Of a DNA stretch of 64,000 nucleotides, positions 44,821 to 57,972 are shown one piece after another. A model generated the notes under the pieces. It ran no database searches. It saw only the letters and a program-made list of their open reading frames with translations, and was not told the origin of the DNA. This DNA comes from Mantamonas sphyraenae STR306 (taxonomy: Eukaryota > Protista > CRuMs), in NCBI GenBank assembly GCA_026936335.1, contig JAPMXV010000008.1, positions 248,001 to 312,000 of the forward strand, read 5' to 3'. The translations under genes and the position numbers were made by a program. Numbering within the stretch: position 1 is the first letter of the stretch; each line of letters starts with the position of its first letter.

Positions 44821-47800
44821 ATGGTAGGTTGCCTGCACTTGTTCCATCCTTCCCAAACCCTTGCCCCGTCCCTGTCCACCTCTCCACCGAGGTTTCCACT
44901 GCCGCTGCGGAGACCAGCGCGTACTCGTTGCCTGTTGCCTGTCCCGCTCACGCCGTTCTGCCCGCCCAGTTCTCGCGTGTCTCTCGAAACACAGTGCGCC
45001 AGGCACCGGTGCTGGCTTCTGCACAGTCCACTGTGCAGACTGCCGCCGCCGCGTCTGCTGCCTCGGCCGTGCACAACTTCTCCACGTCCAGCAGCGTATC
45101 CAAGCAGTGTACGTGTCCCCCGGAGGCCAATCTCGATTTTTCGGAGCCTCCTTGCTTTCGCCTCCTCCGGCGACCCCTGTGCACTCCCCTTGCCCGCCGC
45201 ATCCATGACCAATCGCTTGTTGCCATCGCCGTGCCGTTGGCGGGCCAATGGATACAACGCGGTCATGGTGGCCCTTGCGAATTCCACTCAGCACGGCTGT
45301 GATCGTTGCGAGCGCGCGGACTCTGACACGCCCACTTCACCTTTGCGCCCCTCCCGCCGCTGCCATGGCCTTGCTGGGCCCCATCCAATGTCCACACACC
45401 CTCGCCCGTCACATAGACAAGCACTTCAAGGTCGAGAACCAGAGCCAGGTGGCCGTCATCCGCATGAACCACGACGGTGGAAAGATGAACATGGTCTCCA
45501 CCTCCCTCATGACCGAGTTTGATGGTCTGCTCTCTGACCTCAACAACGACGCTTCTGTCAAGGCCATGGTTGTGGTGTCTGAGCAGGACAACTTCATTGT
45601 TGGCGCAAACATCAACGAGGTACGTGCCCCTTTTCCGCTGCATGCCCTCCGGAAACCCTCTTGACCCGCTCACACCGGCCTCCTCCGATCCCGCACACCA
45701 GTTTGTCGAGTGCAAGACCGCCGAAGAGATGTCCGCCCTCGCCAAGGGTGGCCAGGGTGTCATGCAGCGCATGGAAGACAGCAAGAAGCCCATTGTTGCA
45801 GGTGTGTTCCAGCCCGCCGCACGCCGCGATCGTTCCTCCCAAACCCACGCTTAAGCGCGCTCCTCACATCTGCTCACACTCCTCCCCCGCCTTATTTGTC
45901 TCCCTGATCCATTGCAGCCCTCAAGGGTCAGAGCCTTGGTGGTGGTGCAGAGTTTGCTCTTGCTTGCCACTACCGCATCGCCGCTGACGACGGCAAGGCT
46001 GTACGTTTCCGTGCCTCGTCCCTTTTGCCCGCCTTCCTCCCATACAACACGAACATGCACTCACCCTCCCACGTCCCCGTCGCCTCTGCCTTTCCTCTCG
46101 CCTCTGTTCACAGGTCATCGCCTTCCCCGAAGTCATGCTCGGTCTGCTGCCGGCCAGCGGCGGATGCCAGCGCCTGCCCAAGCTCATGGGTGCACGCAAC
46201 GCCCTGCCCTACCTCCTCACGGGCAAGAAGCTCAGTGCCAAGAAGGCTCTTGACGCAGGCGTCATCAACGCCCTCGCCAAGCCCGAGAACCTGGAGGCAG
46301 AGGCTGTCGCTGCTGCTCGCTCTCTCATCGAGAGCGGCGTGTCTGAGAAGCACCCTGTGCTCACTCGTCCCCTCGACTGGGCCCTCGAATTTACTTCCGT
46401 CGGCCGCAACTTTCTCTTTGGCCAGGCCAAGAGTGCCGCCCTGCGCCAGAGCCGTGGCCACTATCCCGCCCTCCCCGAGATCATCGACGCCGTCAAGTAC
46501 GGAGTGTCCGGCAAGGACGGCTACGCCAAGGAGGCCGAGGCCTTTGGTCGTCTGGGCATGACGTCTGTCTCCCGCAACCTGGTCAACATCTTCTTTGCCC
46601 AGACCGCCCTCAAGAAGAACCGCTTCGGCAACCCTGAGCGCTCCTACAATCAGCTCGCCGTTGTCGGCGCCGGACTCATGGGCGCCGGCATTGCCGATGT
46701 GTCTGTCAACAACAAGTTTGACGTCCTCCTCATGGACTCCACCAAGGAGGGTCTGGACCGCGGTGTGAAGCAGATCAAGGGCAACCTGGACAAGCGCGTC
46801 GATCGCGGCGCAAAGACACCGGCTGACCGCGACGCCGTCATGGCACGTCTGGACGCCATCACGACCGAGGGCAACATGGAGAAGTTTGGCAAGGTGGACA
46901 TGGTCATCGAGGCCGTCTTTGAGGACCTGGCCCTCAAGCACAAGGTCATCCAGAACCTGGAGAAGTACCTGCCCGAACATGCCGTGCTGGCCACCAACAC
47001 CAGCGCCCTTCCCATCGCCCAGGTGGCAGAGGGCTCCAGCAGGCCCGAGAACGTGGTGGGCATGCACTACTTCTCGCCCGTCGAGAAGATGCCCCTGCTC
47101 GAAGTCATTGCCACCGACAAGACCAGCAACGAGGCAAAGGCAGCCGCCGTGGACGTGGGCATCAAGCAGGGCAAGACCGTCATTGTGGTCGGCGACGGCC
47201 CTGGCTTCTACACCTCGCGCATCCTGGCCCCAATGATGATGGAGGGTGCTGCTCTCATGCTCGAGGGCATCGAGCCCAAGGAGCTGGACAAGCGTCTGCA
47301 GAGCTTTGGCTTCCCCGTGGGTCCCGTCACCCTCATGGACGAGGTGGGAATCGACGTGGCCCAGCACATCACCCCGGGTCTGCAGAAGGCCTTTGGCGCA
47401 CGCATGGAGGGCAACGACGCACTCATCCAGGACATGGTTGCCCAGGGCAACCTGGGACGCAAGAGCAAGAAGGGTTTCTACCTGTACCAGCCGCCCAAGC
47501 CTCTGCTCAGCGGCAACCTGGCGCCCCTGAACCCGATTGTGACTCCGGTGGCCAAGGCCGTGGGCATGGGCCCCAAGCGCAGCAAGCCCGTCAACCCGGA
47601 GGCTCTCAAGCTGATTGCCCAGCACTACACGCCATCGCACGGTCTCTTCTCCCTCACCGTGGAGGAGAGCGTCAACCGCATGGTGTCCCGCTTTGTCAAC
47701 GAGGCCGTCTTCTGCCTGCAGGATGGCATTCTGGAGAACGCCACCGACGGCGACGTGGGTGCCATCTTTGGCCTGGGTTTCCCGCCCTTCCTGGGTGGTC

Positions 47801-47943
47801 CTTTCCGCTACCTCGACGCCTACGGTGCGGAGAACTACGTCAACATGATGAACCGCCTGGCCGACAAGTACGGCGAACGTTTCGTCCCTGCCCCGCTCCT
47901 GGTCGACATGGCCAAGTCGGGCAAGAAGTTCCACTCCAAGTGA
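44821..47943 (+). CDS. HADHA: Mitochondrial trifunctional enzyme alpha subunit (enoyl-CoA hydratase / 3-hydroxyacyl-CoA dehydrogenase); several 5' introns
   Basis: FIVGANI, ALGGGAE, PEVMLGLLPASGGCQRLPKL, VVGAGLMGAGIA, IEAVFEDL, ATNTSALP, GMHYFSPV, GLGFPPFLGGPF. ATG|GTAGGT first intron splices to the FSRVSRN presequence exon. Confidence 0.95.
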
Positions 47944-48040
47944 GCAGTGGGTGTGCGCATGTGAAGAGGCCCAGGAGCCGAGGAGCCGAGCGAAGGAGGA
48001 GAAATCAAACACTCGTTTCCATTCAGATTGCAGACACATC

Positions 48041-49222
48041 TCAAGACAAAGACGTCTCTTGCAATGTGCTCAGCGTGAGTGTGTGATCATAGAATGAACA
48101 TGCGGCGACGAGATCCGTGTAAGGGTCCATGCGACACCAGTCGATGCCGTAGGCGATTGAAGAGTGTGTGGGCTCCCCCAGGGTGGCGGTTGTGACCAAG
48201 GATGCCGTGTTGCCGTCTTCTGTGGAGGTGCAATCGATGTGAGCGAATCCATTGTACATGCAGGCAGCAAGGAGGCGGTCAGGGTCGCTAGGATGCCACT
48301 TTAGACGCCAGACGCCCCCGCCCATCTCCAGCTGCTGCAGTGGTTTGTACATGTTCCGCGTGTCCCACAAGAGGATGGAGTCGTCGTAGCTGCCAGTCAC
48401 AAGAGTATGGTCGTGGTGTGGGTGGCTTTGGATGGAACACACACCCATGCTATGCTTTCGACTGGAGAACGTGGGTGTGTCGGTGCCCTGGCGCAGATCC
48501 CATCCCTTGAACTTGCAGTCGTCGGCACCTGTGTACACTGTATCCGGCTCGTGGGCATGAAAGGCAATGATCCAAGCCTCAAACTCGTGCCCTGTCCACT
48601 GTGCGACGGGACTAGCGAGTGCATTGCTTTGCTGGTCCGACACTGCCCACACCGAGCAGCTCGAGTCGCTGTTGCTCGTGGCCAGGCGCAATTCTCCTGT
48701 GCTGCCACTGGTCAGCACTCTGTTGTTCCACTCCAACGACAGACACAGTGCCGCAGGGTCCTCAGAAACGACGGAGCGGAACGAGTGAACCTCGGCCACA
48801 GTCCCATCCTCGCCAGCCATTCTGTACAAGTGCACACTTCCGTCATCACAGCCAGACGCCAGCAGAGCATCGCTCGAGTCGCCCACGGGCTCGTGCGACC
48901 ATTTGAGATCGAGAATGGCCGCGCCTTCTTCGCGCTGGGTCTCCTCAAGCTGGGCACACGTGTCACCCTCCACTACTCTGTACACAAGAAGCCTGCCTCG
49001 ACGCAGCTGTGCGTCTTCACTCTCGTTCTCCTGTTCTTGCCGCTGGTCGTCTGACGCAGCCTGTGCGTTGGCCTTGTCCACGTCTCGGTGTTGGTATGTG
49101 CCGCACACCATCATGTGCTCCAGGCCTGCCACAGGACAGAATTCGATCGAGTCTGCACACAACTCTGTGTCGATGGTCTGCTGGACATTGAAAGTGCGTT
49201 CATTGGCATGGGTACTGGTCAT
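48041..49222 (-). CDS. DPH7: Diphthine methylesterase DPH7/WDR85 (WD40)
   Basis: DTELCADSIEFCP, CGTYQ, AILDLKW, GHEFEAWI, TGSYDD..LWDTR, GGGVWRLKWHP, IAYGIDW, CSFYDH. Confidence 0.92.
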   Translation of the reverse strand: MTSTHANERTFNVQQTIDTELCADSIEFCPVAGLEHMMVCGTYQHRDVDKANAQAASDDQRQEQENESEDAQLRRGRLLVYRVVEGDTCAQLEETQREEGAAILDLKWSHEPVGDSSDALLASGCDDGSVHLYRMAGEDGTVAEVHSFRSVVSEDPAALCLSLEWNNRVLTSGSTGELRLATSNSDSSCSVWAVSDQQSNALASPVAQWTGHEFEAWIIAFHAHEPDTVYTGADDCKFKGWDLRQGTDTPTFSSRKHSMGVCSIQSHPHHDHTLVTGSYDDSILLWDTRNMYKPLQQLEMGGGVWRLKWHPSDPDRLLAACMYNGFAHIDCTSTEDGNTASLVTTATLGEPTHSSIAYGIDWCRMDPYTDLVAACSFYDHTLTLSTLQETSLS

Positions 49223-49351
49223 GGGGACTGTCTCCTGCTTGCTGGTTGTGCTGGCGCTGTCTGCGCAGCGTGCAGCGTGTCTCTTGAGAAGTGTGTGCTT
49301 GTGTGCAGTCTGCGTGGCTGTTGCGCATCGCAAGTGTCTGTGTCTTTGTGC

Positions 49352-50192
49352 TCACGACGAGAACAGCGAACCAACCCACTCTGTGAATGTCGGTTCGCCC
49401 TCGGCGCGGCGCTTCTCCGCCATGGCCTTTGCGACCTGGTTGGCGCGCTGGAACTGTTGGTGTGGACAGACGTGAGGTGCAACGTGCAGGGTGCATGTTG
49501 GGTGGGTGGGGTGGCAAGTCAGCTTGTGTGTGTGTGCGTTGCGTGCACGGCAAGCGAAAGTGCGTGGGCTGCCGCGGGAGGCAAAAAAGCACGCCTTGTA
49601 CAACGTCACATACCTCCTTCTTGTGGTGCAAGCACTCAAAGTAATCTTCACGCTGTTCCAGACACTTCTTGGGGTCGTTGCACTCCTCCATGCATCCCGA
49701 AAACTCGCGCCACAGCGGGTAGCAACGTCCGGCTGTGGAAAGCGGCGGGTCCCTCGGTGTGTCAGCCGCGCGTACTCTCTCACCATCGGTACAAACACCA
49801 CAGGCAGGGCATGGGAAGCTCTTGTGACTCTGGGTGCGTCGTTGTGCACGGCGTATCGCGAGGCAACAGTGCGGAGTGGACAGGTATGGCGCTCGCAAGC
49901 ACGCAGACGCTGCGGAGGGAAAACCCTCTCCCGCCCCATGCGGCCAAGCATATGTCCGAGGCCATCGCCACCCGTGATAAAGGCCAAGTGTACATCGCAG
50001 CCACACGCATGGACGCTCCCATGGACGAGAACGTTTCCTGGAGGCCACGCGTGCAAGGCTCGGCCATGCCACACTCGCATTTCCACACCACCGCTACCCC
50101 TCTGCACCCGTACTCCAACAACCGCCTGTCCCACGCTCAAAACTTTGCTCACAAAACCTACTTGTGCCGTTGATTCCGTATCCACTCGACAT
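49352..50192 (-). CDS. NDUFS5: Complex I 15-kDa subunit (twin CX9C); 2 introns
   Basis: Spliced MSSGYGINGT|GRCYPLWREFSGCMEECNDPKKCLEQREDYFECLHHKKE|FQRANQV matches the plant/fungal NDUFS5 pattern. Confidence 0.85.
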
Positions 50193-50277
50193 GTTTGGTG
50201 TTTGATTTTTTGGCTGGCGTTCCATGCGCGCGCTTCTCCCCCCTTCTCCATCACATTCACACACACACACACTGCGC

Positions 50278-53200
50278 TCAACGCGAGCGAAATGCACGAA
50301 TGCGTCGCAACCGCCGCATTTCTTTGCGGTTGAACGTGTTGGGTACGTGGTCCGACACCTGCGACAACTTTTCTCCCGAACTGGTCATCACAACCAACAT
50401 GTCCATGGCGTGGAGGACGGTGTTGGCGCGTGGATTGATGTACATGTAGCTGTGTTCCAGATGGGAGGGGTGACGCATCATGCCCAGGCACAGGATGTCG
50501 TTGTCCATCATGTCCTCAAACAGATGTTGGTACATGCCGCCGATGTACTCCTTCGGCACGGGGAACTGATACACAAACGACGGATTCACGTCGCGCTCAT
50601 TCACAAGCTCCGGCACAGGTGGCAGGCCGCACACCATCGCTCGCAACAGCGGCAGTGCGTACGGACTGTAGAACGATTGCGCCAGGATCGAATCCAACAC
50701 AGATGCACAGAACACACGCCCACTCGCAAAGTGGGTGTCCATATGATAGTCTGCGTGCCACTGGCTGTTCATCGCGCTGCGCCAGATCTCGTTCCCTCGC
50801 TCAATCAGTCGCTGCTGCTGTGCACCCTGCTTGTCCAAATCCGAAAACGACGACGGCGCCCCGGGCAGCGATGCCCACGGTTCGTCCTTGTTCTCTTCTG
50901 TCAGTGCTTCTTCTTGCATGATCTGTGCGCTGCCCGTCGATCGCAACCTGTTCAGGTACTTGATGTTGCTGCTTTGCACAAGCTCTGCCGTCACAATCGC
51001 GTCCACGTACGGCCGTGACTCAATCGCACGCACCGTAGCAATGCTCGCCGCATCCACAAGAAACTCGTCGCTGGCATGGCTGTTCTTCAGCGTGTTGGCT
51101 AGAATCACCACACGCGACGCACGCCTAATCCCGGCTGCCTCCAGGTCGCTGAACGACGTCGGCTCGCCCTCAACGTAAAACACACGTGGAAACCGCCCGA
51201 TGGTGCGCCACTGTTGTTTGCTCGGCGGGTTCGGACTCAGAATCACAATGGCAGGGAACTCCGGATCGGGCAAGTGCTTCGACCGCAACGCAGCCACAAA
51301 GTGCACAAGACCGTTCACTTTGTCACCAGCTCCGCACACAATCACGTGGTTGGCCACTCCTGTTTTGCGGTCCAGATTGATGTACGACGCATCTGCCAGC
51401 GGCGTGCACTCGCCGTGATCGTTCAAATAGTACTCTCCCGTCAGCGTGTGGCCGTGCACCGCGTCCACATGTTCAAACTCCAGATCGTGCAAGTCATGCA
51501 TGGCGTCCCCGTCAATGTCCCCTTCAATTGTATCCTCTGTCTCGTCATCCGAATCGTCGTCGTCGCTGTCGCTCTGCCTGCGAGTGAGCGAGTCCGGACG
51601 TCGCAGACCAATCTGGCTTGTGCTGCGCACAAACCCACTGTCGTCCGGAATCTCCTGTGCAATGTCGTCGTGGAACGACACGCTGCTGCTCTGCGACTCT
51701 CGCCGTCCCAGGTTCTTCAGGCTGCTCACCAGCTTGTGGTCCGCCTTGCGCGGTCCCGTTGCACGGGTTGATTCAAGCTGCACATCCGAAGTACGTGCCG
51801 CCTTCTCTTGCGGCTCTTCCATCGTACCAGACGGCACCTCATCCTCCTCTTTGTCCTCTTCGTCGTCGGTGTCCTCATCCTCGTCCGCCATACTCGAGTC
51901 TTTCGAATAGAACGAATCCTGGCGCGCGGCCTCCCGCGTCCTTTCCTGCACAATCCCAATCAGCTCTCCAATCTCAGAGCCCATCTTGGTGCGTCGGGAC
52001 GCCGTCGACGGGGAGCCTGAGCTCGCCAGATCCTGCATCTCCACAGACGTGCTGTTGATGGAATGTGTCAGACTCGGCGCGTGGCTACGGCTCCTTCGCA
52101 TGCCCTTGACCGTCGCAGGCTCAGCATCGCCAAGCATGCCTGCACTCGTTCGCAACTCTGCAGATCCTCGTCCTTCGCTTGCGCTGCTGCGGCGGCTGCC
52201 ACTCCTGCTCTCACCTCCCAAACTGCCGCTGACGCTGTTGCTGCGGCGCAGCGTCGGCTGTGTATCGATGGACATGGTGCGGCGCTGCACCATGCCCGAC
52301 TTGACGTTGCTGCTCATCGTCGCCGTGGAAAGGGAGCGCTTCAGGGACGAGGGTTTGAAGCGAACCTGCTCCACCGCTGGCAGATCTGCAACCGCCTCGC
52401 TGCTGGGTGCAATGAAGAAGCCACGGTCTCCCTCTTGGATCACATACTGCTTGCCCGGAAATACCATCAGCACAGAGGCGCCGTCGTACAAATGGGTCTC
52501 CAGACCCAGGAACGTAACTTCGTGCTTGCCGTACACAAAGTTGGCTGCCTCGCCAAAGGTACGCCCGACAAACTTGGACAGATCGGATGCGTAGATTTCG
52601 TGTGAGCAGCCGTACGCATACTCTTGCTGCCACAAGGGCATCTGTTCGTGCTGCGAGGAGGGCTTGAATCCAAACGTCCGTGCTATGGCCGTAAACAGAG
52701 TGCTAAAGCCGGGACAAACGCAGTTGCGTGCCATGATATTCATGCGCAGCTCTTGGATGCTCAGCGAGCGCTCTACCTTGGCCGCAACCACCAGGTTCTG
52801 CTGGCCCTCCATGCCGTGTACTTGACACAGCACGGGTACGCTCGGCGCATAGTCCTTGACTGCCAGCGAATACAACAGGCTGGCGGCATCCTTTTGCTCC
52901 GTTTTGATGCCGTACTTGTCCGTCAGGATGACAATGCCAGCCGCTGTGGCAGCCTCGGCGCGCTTGAGATCTTCCTGTACCATGGGCGAGCCACGAAGGT
53001 AGGTGACGCGATTCTCGTAGTAAGGGTGCTCCAGCAGCATTTGCGTCTCCACGCTGGGCTTCTGTGACCCTCCCATGATGACCACGTGTGCCTTTTGGTT
53101 CTGGTGCAGCGGGTGGAAAAACTCGCGCAGAAAGTCCTGCAGGCCGTCAAATGTGAGGTCACCTGAGACCACAATGTGACGGTAGCTCTCGTCGCGGTTG

Positions 53201-54197
53201 AAACGGCCGAGATAGGCGGTGTCAATCTGCTGCAGAGTGATGAGTTTAGAGGTTTGAAGGGGCATCAACACAAAGCTGGCGAAAATCATGACCATGATGA
53301 TCATGCGGCCGGCTGTGGACTCCATGGTGATGTCACCGTAGCCTACAGTGCTGATGGTGATGACGACAAAGTACAACGCCTGGTGGTACTCGAGGTAGCC
53401 GTCTTGGCCTGGCACTCGTCCCAGTGCGCTGTTCTCGACGTACTGCAGCATGCCAGCAGTGCACACGATGATAGAGATGATGGTGAGCACAATGATCATG
53501 AGCTGCTTCTGAATGTCGCTTCGGGAAAAGCTGAGGAGGCGATAGGCACGGAGGATGCGCAAGGCGCGCAGGGCTCGCATGGGCTTAAGGAAGGAGTAGG
53601 TGACGGTGGAGTAACCAGCAAGCACGAGAGAGCCAAACACAGGCAGGACAGTGACAAGGTCGACCAACGAGGGCCAGCTGTACAAGAATTGGAGCTTGTC
53701 GCGTGCAAGCCAAAAGTTGAATATGTAGTCGAGGGTGAAGAAGGAGGAGAAGCAGATCTCGACGGTGAAAAACGAGGCCAGCACGTCGGGTTGTTCCGTG
53801 TAGTACAGCTCGATGACGTAGAGGAAGCACGAGGTGAGCGAAAACAAGGCTTGCACAGAGTCCTGCGAGGGTTTTCCGGAGAGGATGCGAGTCAGGAGGG
53901 AGGCCGACAGATATGGGACAGGCAGGAAGGAAGGGGGTCAATCACGGGGCACAGGAGGGACACACGTACCAGGAAGCGACCGAGACGGGAGGTGTCGAGG
54001 TAGATGGAGACCTGTTCGCGGAGAGAGACGTGGGTGTGGCTGGTCTGAGTTCGCGGCGCGAGACACAAGTGCCTGATCAGGCGGCTGAGCATGATCAAGA
54101 GCCAAATGGACAGAGTGGGCACAAGGAGCACGAGGAGGCCCACGAGCCAGTCCTCGCCAGAAACCGATTGCGGAGCTGCGGTGGGTGCGGCACGCAT
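50278..54197 (-). CDS. BK/Slo-type (RCK-domain) potassium channel alpha subunit; 1 intron near the 5' end
   Basis: S4 MRALRALRILR, pore TISTVGYGD, RCK1 HIVVSG, RNCVCPGFSTL, EYAYGCSHEIY, RCK2 NHVIVCG, FASGRVF; S0-like TM in exon 1. Confidence 0.93.
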
Positions 54198-54216
54198 CTG
54201 GAGGCAAACCGAAAAG

Positions 54217-55650
54217 ATGGGTTGGGCCAGAACGCTCGCAGCATGCAGCAGCGTGACTGTGTGTCTGGTGGCCTGTTGGATCACAAGCACAGGTGTGGCA
54301 GGCGTGCAGGCAGGCGAGATCACGGCTGGTGGTGGCATGGACGTGGCGTCGATGACACAAGCGATGCTGGCCGAACCTCGAAACGCACAGGGCGTCGTCG
54401 ACTGGGCGCAGGGCGTGTTGGAAGAATCCCAGCACGCACGCACAAGCGTACAAGGAGAACAACGTCTGGCCGCGGTGCTGAAGGGCAGGTTGGGGCAAGG
54501 AGTGGACGTGGGCAAGGTTCTTGGAACCGCGTTGCAAATGGGCATCCTGCTGGAGCGTGCTGAGCAAGCCCAGGCGGCCATGATTGTGTACCAGGCGTGT
54601 CAAAGACTGGGGCCTTCGGTTGCCATGGTGTATCTGCGGCTGGGATCTGTACTTCAGCAGCAGGGGCGGGCTGAAGAAGCGTTGCGCGAGTTCAACCACG
54701 GCGTGTCACTGGCCAACCGCAACAAAGAATGGCAGCCACCTACGCGCGTGCCCACTGCCGATGCGTCTCCTGTGAACGATAGCACGGCCATTGTGGTTCA
54801 AACCAAGACGAGGCCTGCGTTTGAGATTGCCACTCACCATCCTGCCTTTGACCACTTTGTCAGCAGCGAACTCATTGGCCAGGGCACCTGGGACGTGACC
54901 AAGATCCGTTTGTGGATCAAACTGCTGTCGGACAAGCCGCGTCGAACGGTGGTGGACTGTGGAGCTCACATCGGCTTTTTCAGCTTGTACGCTGCCAGCA
55001 TGGGCCACCGGGTCGTGTCCATTGAACCTGTCGAGAGCAACTGGCGCAAGTTGGAGTACAGTCTGGGACTCAATGCCCCACGCGGATGGGTGGACAATGT
55101 GCAGCTCGTGCGAGCTGCGGCGTCGGAAAAGGCAACTGTGCGCACCATCTTTCGCGACGTCAACAACACAGGCAACAACTTTCTGGACCCGCACTACATC
55201 GGTTCCTTTGAGAAGCAGCTCACAGCGTCGGATTTTGCCAGCGAGCGCATCCAGACCGTGCGCCTGGACGAGGTGGTCAAGGAGGATGTATGGCTCATCA
55301 AGTTTGACATCCAGGGCCATGAAGGCAAGGCCCTGCGAGGCGCCACACGTTTGTTTCAACGTCATCGCGTCTGCTGTATCATTGCCGAGTATTGGCCACA
55401 GGCGCTGCGCAGCGGAGGCGACGATCCCATCCGGTTGCTCGAGAAGATGCACAGGCGCGGATACGTCATCTACAAACAGGCCGACTTTCACCGCGTTGAC
55501 CTTTCCGTACGCACAGCGGCTGCATTGCGCGCAAGGAACCCTGCGCCCATTGGCAAAAGCGATTTTGCTTCGTTCGTCGACTCTCTCACGGGCAAGCAGA
55601 CAGACGTCGTCTTCTGGCTACCCAAGTGCGCAGAATCGAGTGACAAGTGA
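54217..55650 (+). CDS. FkbM-family SAM methyltransferase with N-terminal signal/anchor and TPR-like region
   Basis: VVDCGAHIGFFSL (motif I), SIEPVESN, VRLDEVV, LIKFDIQGHEGKAL; TPR-like YLRLGSVLQQQGRAEEALREF. Confidence 0.85.
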   Translation: MGWARTLAACSSVTVCLVACWITSTGVAGVQAGEITAGGGMDVASMTQAMLAEPRNAQGVVDWAQGVLEESQHARTSVQGEQRLAAVLKGRLGQGVDVGKVLGTALQMGILLERAEQAQAAMIVYQACQRLGPSVAMVYLRLGSVLQQQGRAEEALREFNHGVSLANRNKEWQPPTRVPTADASPVNDSTAIVVQTKTRPAFEIATHHPAFDHFVSSELIGQGTWDVTKIRLWIKLLSDKPRRTVVDCGAHIGFFSLYAASMGHRVVSIEPVESNWRKLEYSLGLNAPRGWVDNVQLVRAAASEKATVRTIFRDVNNTGNNFLDPHYIGSFEKQLTASDFASERIQTVRLDEVVKEDVWLIKFDIQGHEGKALRGATRLFQRHRVCCIIAEYWPQALRSGGDDPIRLLEKMHRRGYVIYKQADFHRVDLSVRTAAALRARNPAPIGKSDFASFVDSLTGKQTDVVFWLPKCAESSDK

Positions 55651-55742
55651 CGTGCGTGTGGTTTGTATGTATGTGTGTGTGTGTGTGCATTTGCATTTTG
55701 CATTTTCTCATTGGGAGCCAAGCTGAAAACAACGGTCGGCTC

Positions 55743-57888
55743 TCAAAGTTCGCCGTAGTCCACTCCGTCCTCGTCGTCACTGTAGGTGGCTTCTTCAGCC
55801 TTTTGCTTGGTGTCCTTGCTGCTGTTGCCGCCCTCTCCTTCCTCGCCTTCGACTTGCAGCATCATGGGCTGCGACACAAAGGTAAAGCCGTCAAAGTTGT
55901 TTGCGCTGCCGAGCTTGTTGGGTGCCACATACGTGTCCTGCACCTCTTCCGAGGTAAACTCGGCGTCAAAGTTGCTGAGATCCTCAGTGTTTTCGGTCTC
56001 GGGCACAAAGGGCGGATCCACCTGCAGGGACATCACCGCGTCCCAATCGATGCCCTGGAAAAATTCGTGGCCACGGATGTCGTGGCTGGCGTCCTCGCCC
56101 ACGCCAAGGCGGGAGGAGTAGTTGCGATCCAGCAGCTGCTCGATGAGCGAGACGGCAGACTCGCTGAGGAAGTTGGGGAACTTGAGCTCCTTGCTGAGGA
56201 TGTTCTCAAAGGTCTTTTCCTCGTTCTTGTGGTAAAACGGCGATTTTCCAACCATCATCTCGTAGAGGAGCACTCCCAGGGCCCAGTAGTCCACCTCGTG
56301 GCCGTACTTCTTGTTGCGCACCAGCTCGGGGCTCATGTACTGCGCCGTTCCGCAAAACGTGCGTGTGCGGTCGCCGATGGGCACGTTTTCCTTGCACATG
56401 CCAAAGTCGGTGAGGCACAGATGGCCATCGCCGCGCAGCAGGATGTTTTCTGGCTTGAGATCACTGTGTGTGTGTGTGTGTGTGGAGTAGGGACGGGGGA
56501 AGGGATGGTGTGAGCGCGGTTGTTGTGACGACGTGCGCGAGGACCACACCCACACGACGTACCGGTAGATGATGTTGCACGAATGCAGGTAGCCGAGTGT
56601 CAGAACAAGCTCGGCGGCGTAAAAACGAACGACATCCTCGGCAAACCGCTTCTGCTGGCGGAGGTGGAAGAAGAGTTCGCCGCCGTTGACAAAGTCCAGC
56701 ACCAGGTAGAGCTTCTCCGGAGTCTGGAAGGAGTAACGGAGTCCCACAATAAAGGGGAAGTTGGCCAGATTCTTCATGATGTTGCGCTCGGCCTTGGTGG
56801 CCTCGACCTGGCCACTCTGAATGACCAACTTCTTGCGGATGACCTTCATGGCGTACAGCTTGCCTGTGTCCTTCTTGCGCACCATCATGACCTTACCAAA
56901 CCCTCCACGACCGATGACACACAGCAGGTCGAAAGAGTCCTTGTCCACCTTTTCGGTGGTTTTGTCGAGGTATTCGATTTTGAGCGTCACGGTTCCGGTG
57001 ACGTCCTGGCTCTTCTTGGTCTTGCCCGCGAGCTTGGTGAGCACCAGCTCCTCCTCGACCTCACGTCCGTGGATGTACTCGCTGAGAAAGACAGAGGCGC
57101 GGCCTGAGAAAGGTGTGGCGGGGCGTCAGCAGCCGGGTGGGGAAAGATCTGGACCCGCGTGGCCACTTTTCTCCATCAACAAGGAGGTTGCTGTGACCAC
57201 TCAGCCACACGGCGGATGGCACAAAGCACCATGAGGCGGGAGTGCAGGGACGAGGGACGGGAAGGGGGGCGCAGCACGGTCGGGACTGGGGGCCGTTGGC
57301 AGGAGAAAGGAAAAGACAAGGGAAGAGGGGAAACGGGAGCTCAGGCTCTTTGGCAGGGCCACCATGGACACAAACATACCCAGATGCGTGTCGCTGAGCA
57401 ACTTCTTGGAGTGGTATACATCAATGTCCAGCTTGGAGGAGGCCGAGTCGTTCGGGATCTCGCTGTGGAGCGTGGGAGAGGGTGTGAACGGGCAGTCGGG
57501 AATGATGGGCGGTGGAGAGAGGGTTGCCTGTCGGATCGAGCGGCGGTGCACAGGCCACAGGCTCACTTACAAGGTGAACTTTTCGTCATACATCGGATTG
57601 ACCGACTTTTTGCAGGTCTGGGTCTTGAACTTGGCATTACCCACAGACACTTCGATGTAGGCGTCGGAAACACCCTTGCTGGCGCCGGCAATGTCGGTTG
57701 CTCGCAACACTGGATCGGAGATGGGAGACAACGAGAGACGTTAGCGCTTCCATGGGATGTATTGTCATTGTCTAATTGTGCCTACCTGTAAGATTCAACA
57801 CTGCGACGATTTCCGCGTCGGCTTTGCCCTTGCCCTTGCTTCCGCTGGACGAGCTCATTCTGGAGGTTGGAGCCGATGGCGCAAACAT
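55743..57888 (-). CDS. C2-domain AGC Ser/Thr kinase (Ypk1/Gad8/SGK/Akt-like); several introns; start at 57888 or 57858
   Basis: C2 GVSDAYIEV...KKSVNPMYDEKF; IGRGGFGKV, YAMK, DLKPENILL, DFG, TFCGTAQY, hydrophobic motif FDGFTF. Confidence 0.92.
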
Positions 57889-57938
57889 CACGATTCAATG
57901 GTCATGGCATCGTCACTGTGTGAACTGCTGCTGCTGGA

Positions 57939-57972
<34 letters not shown>

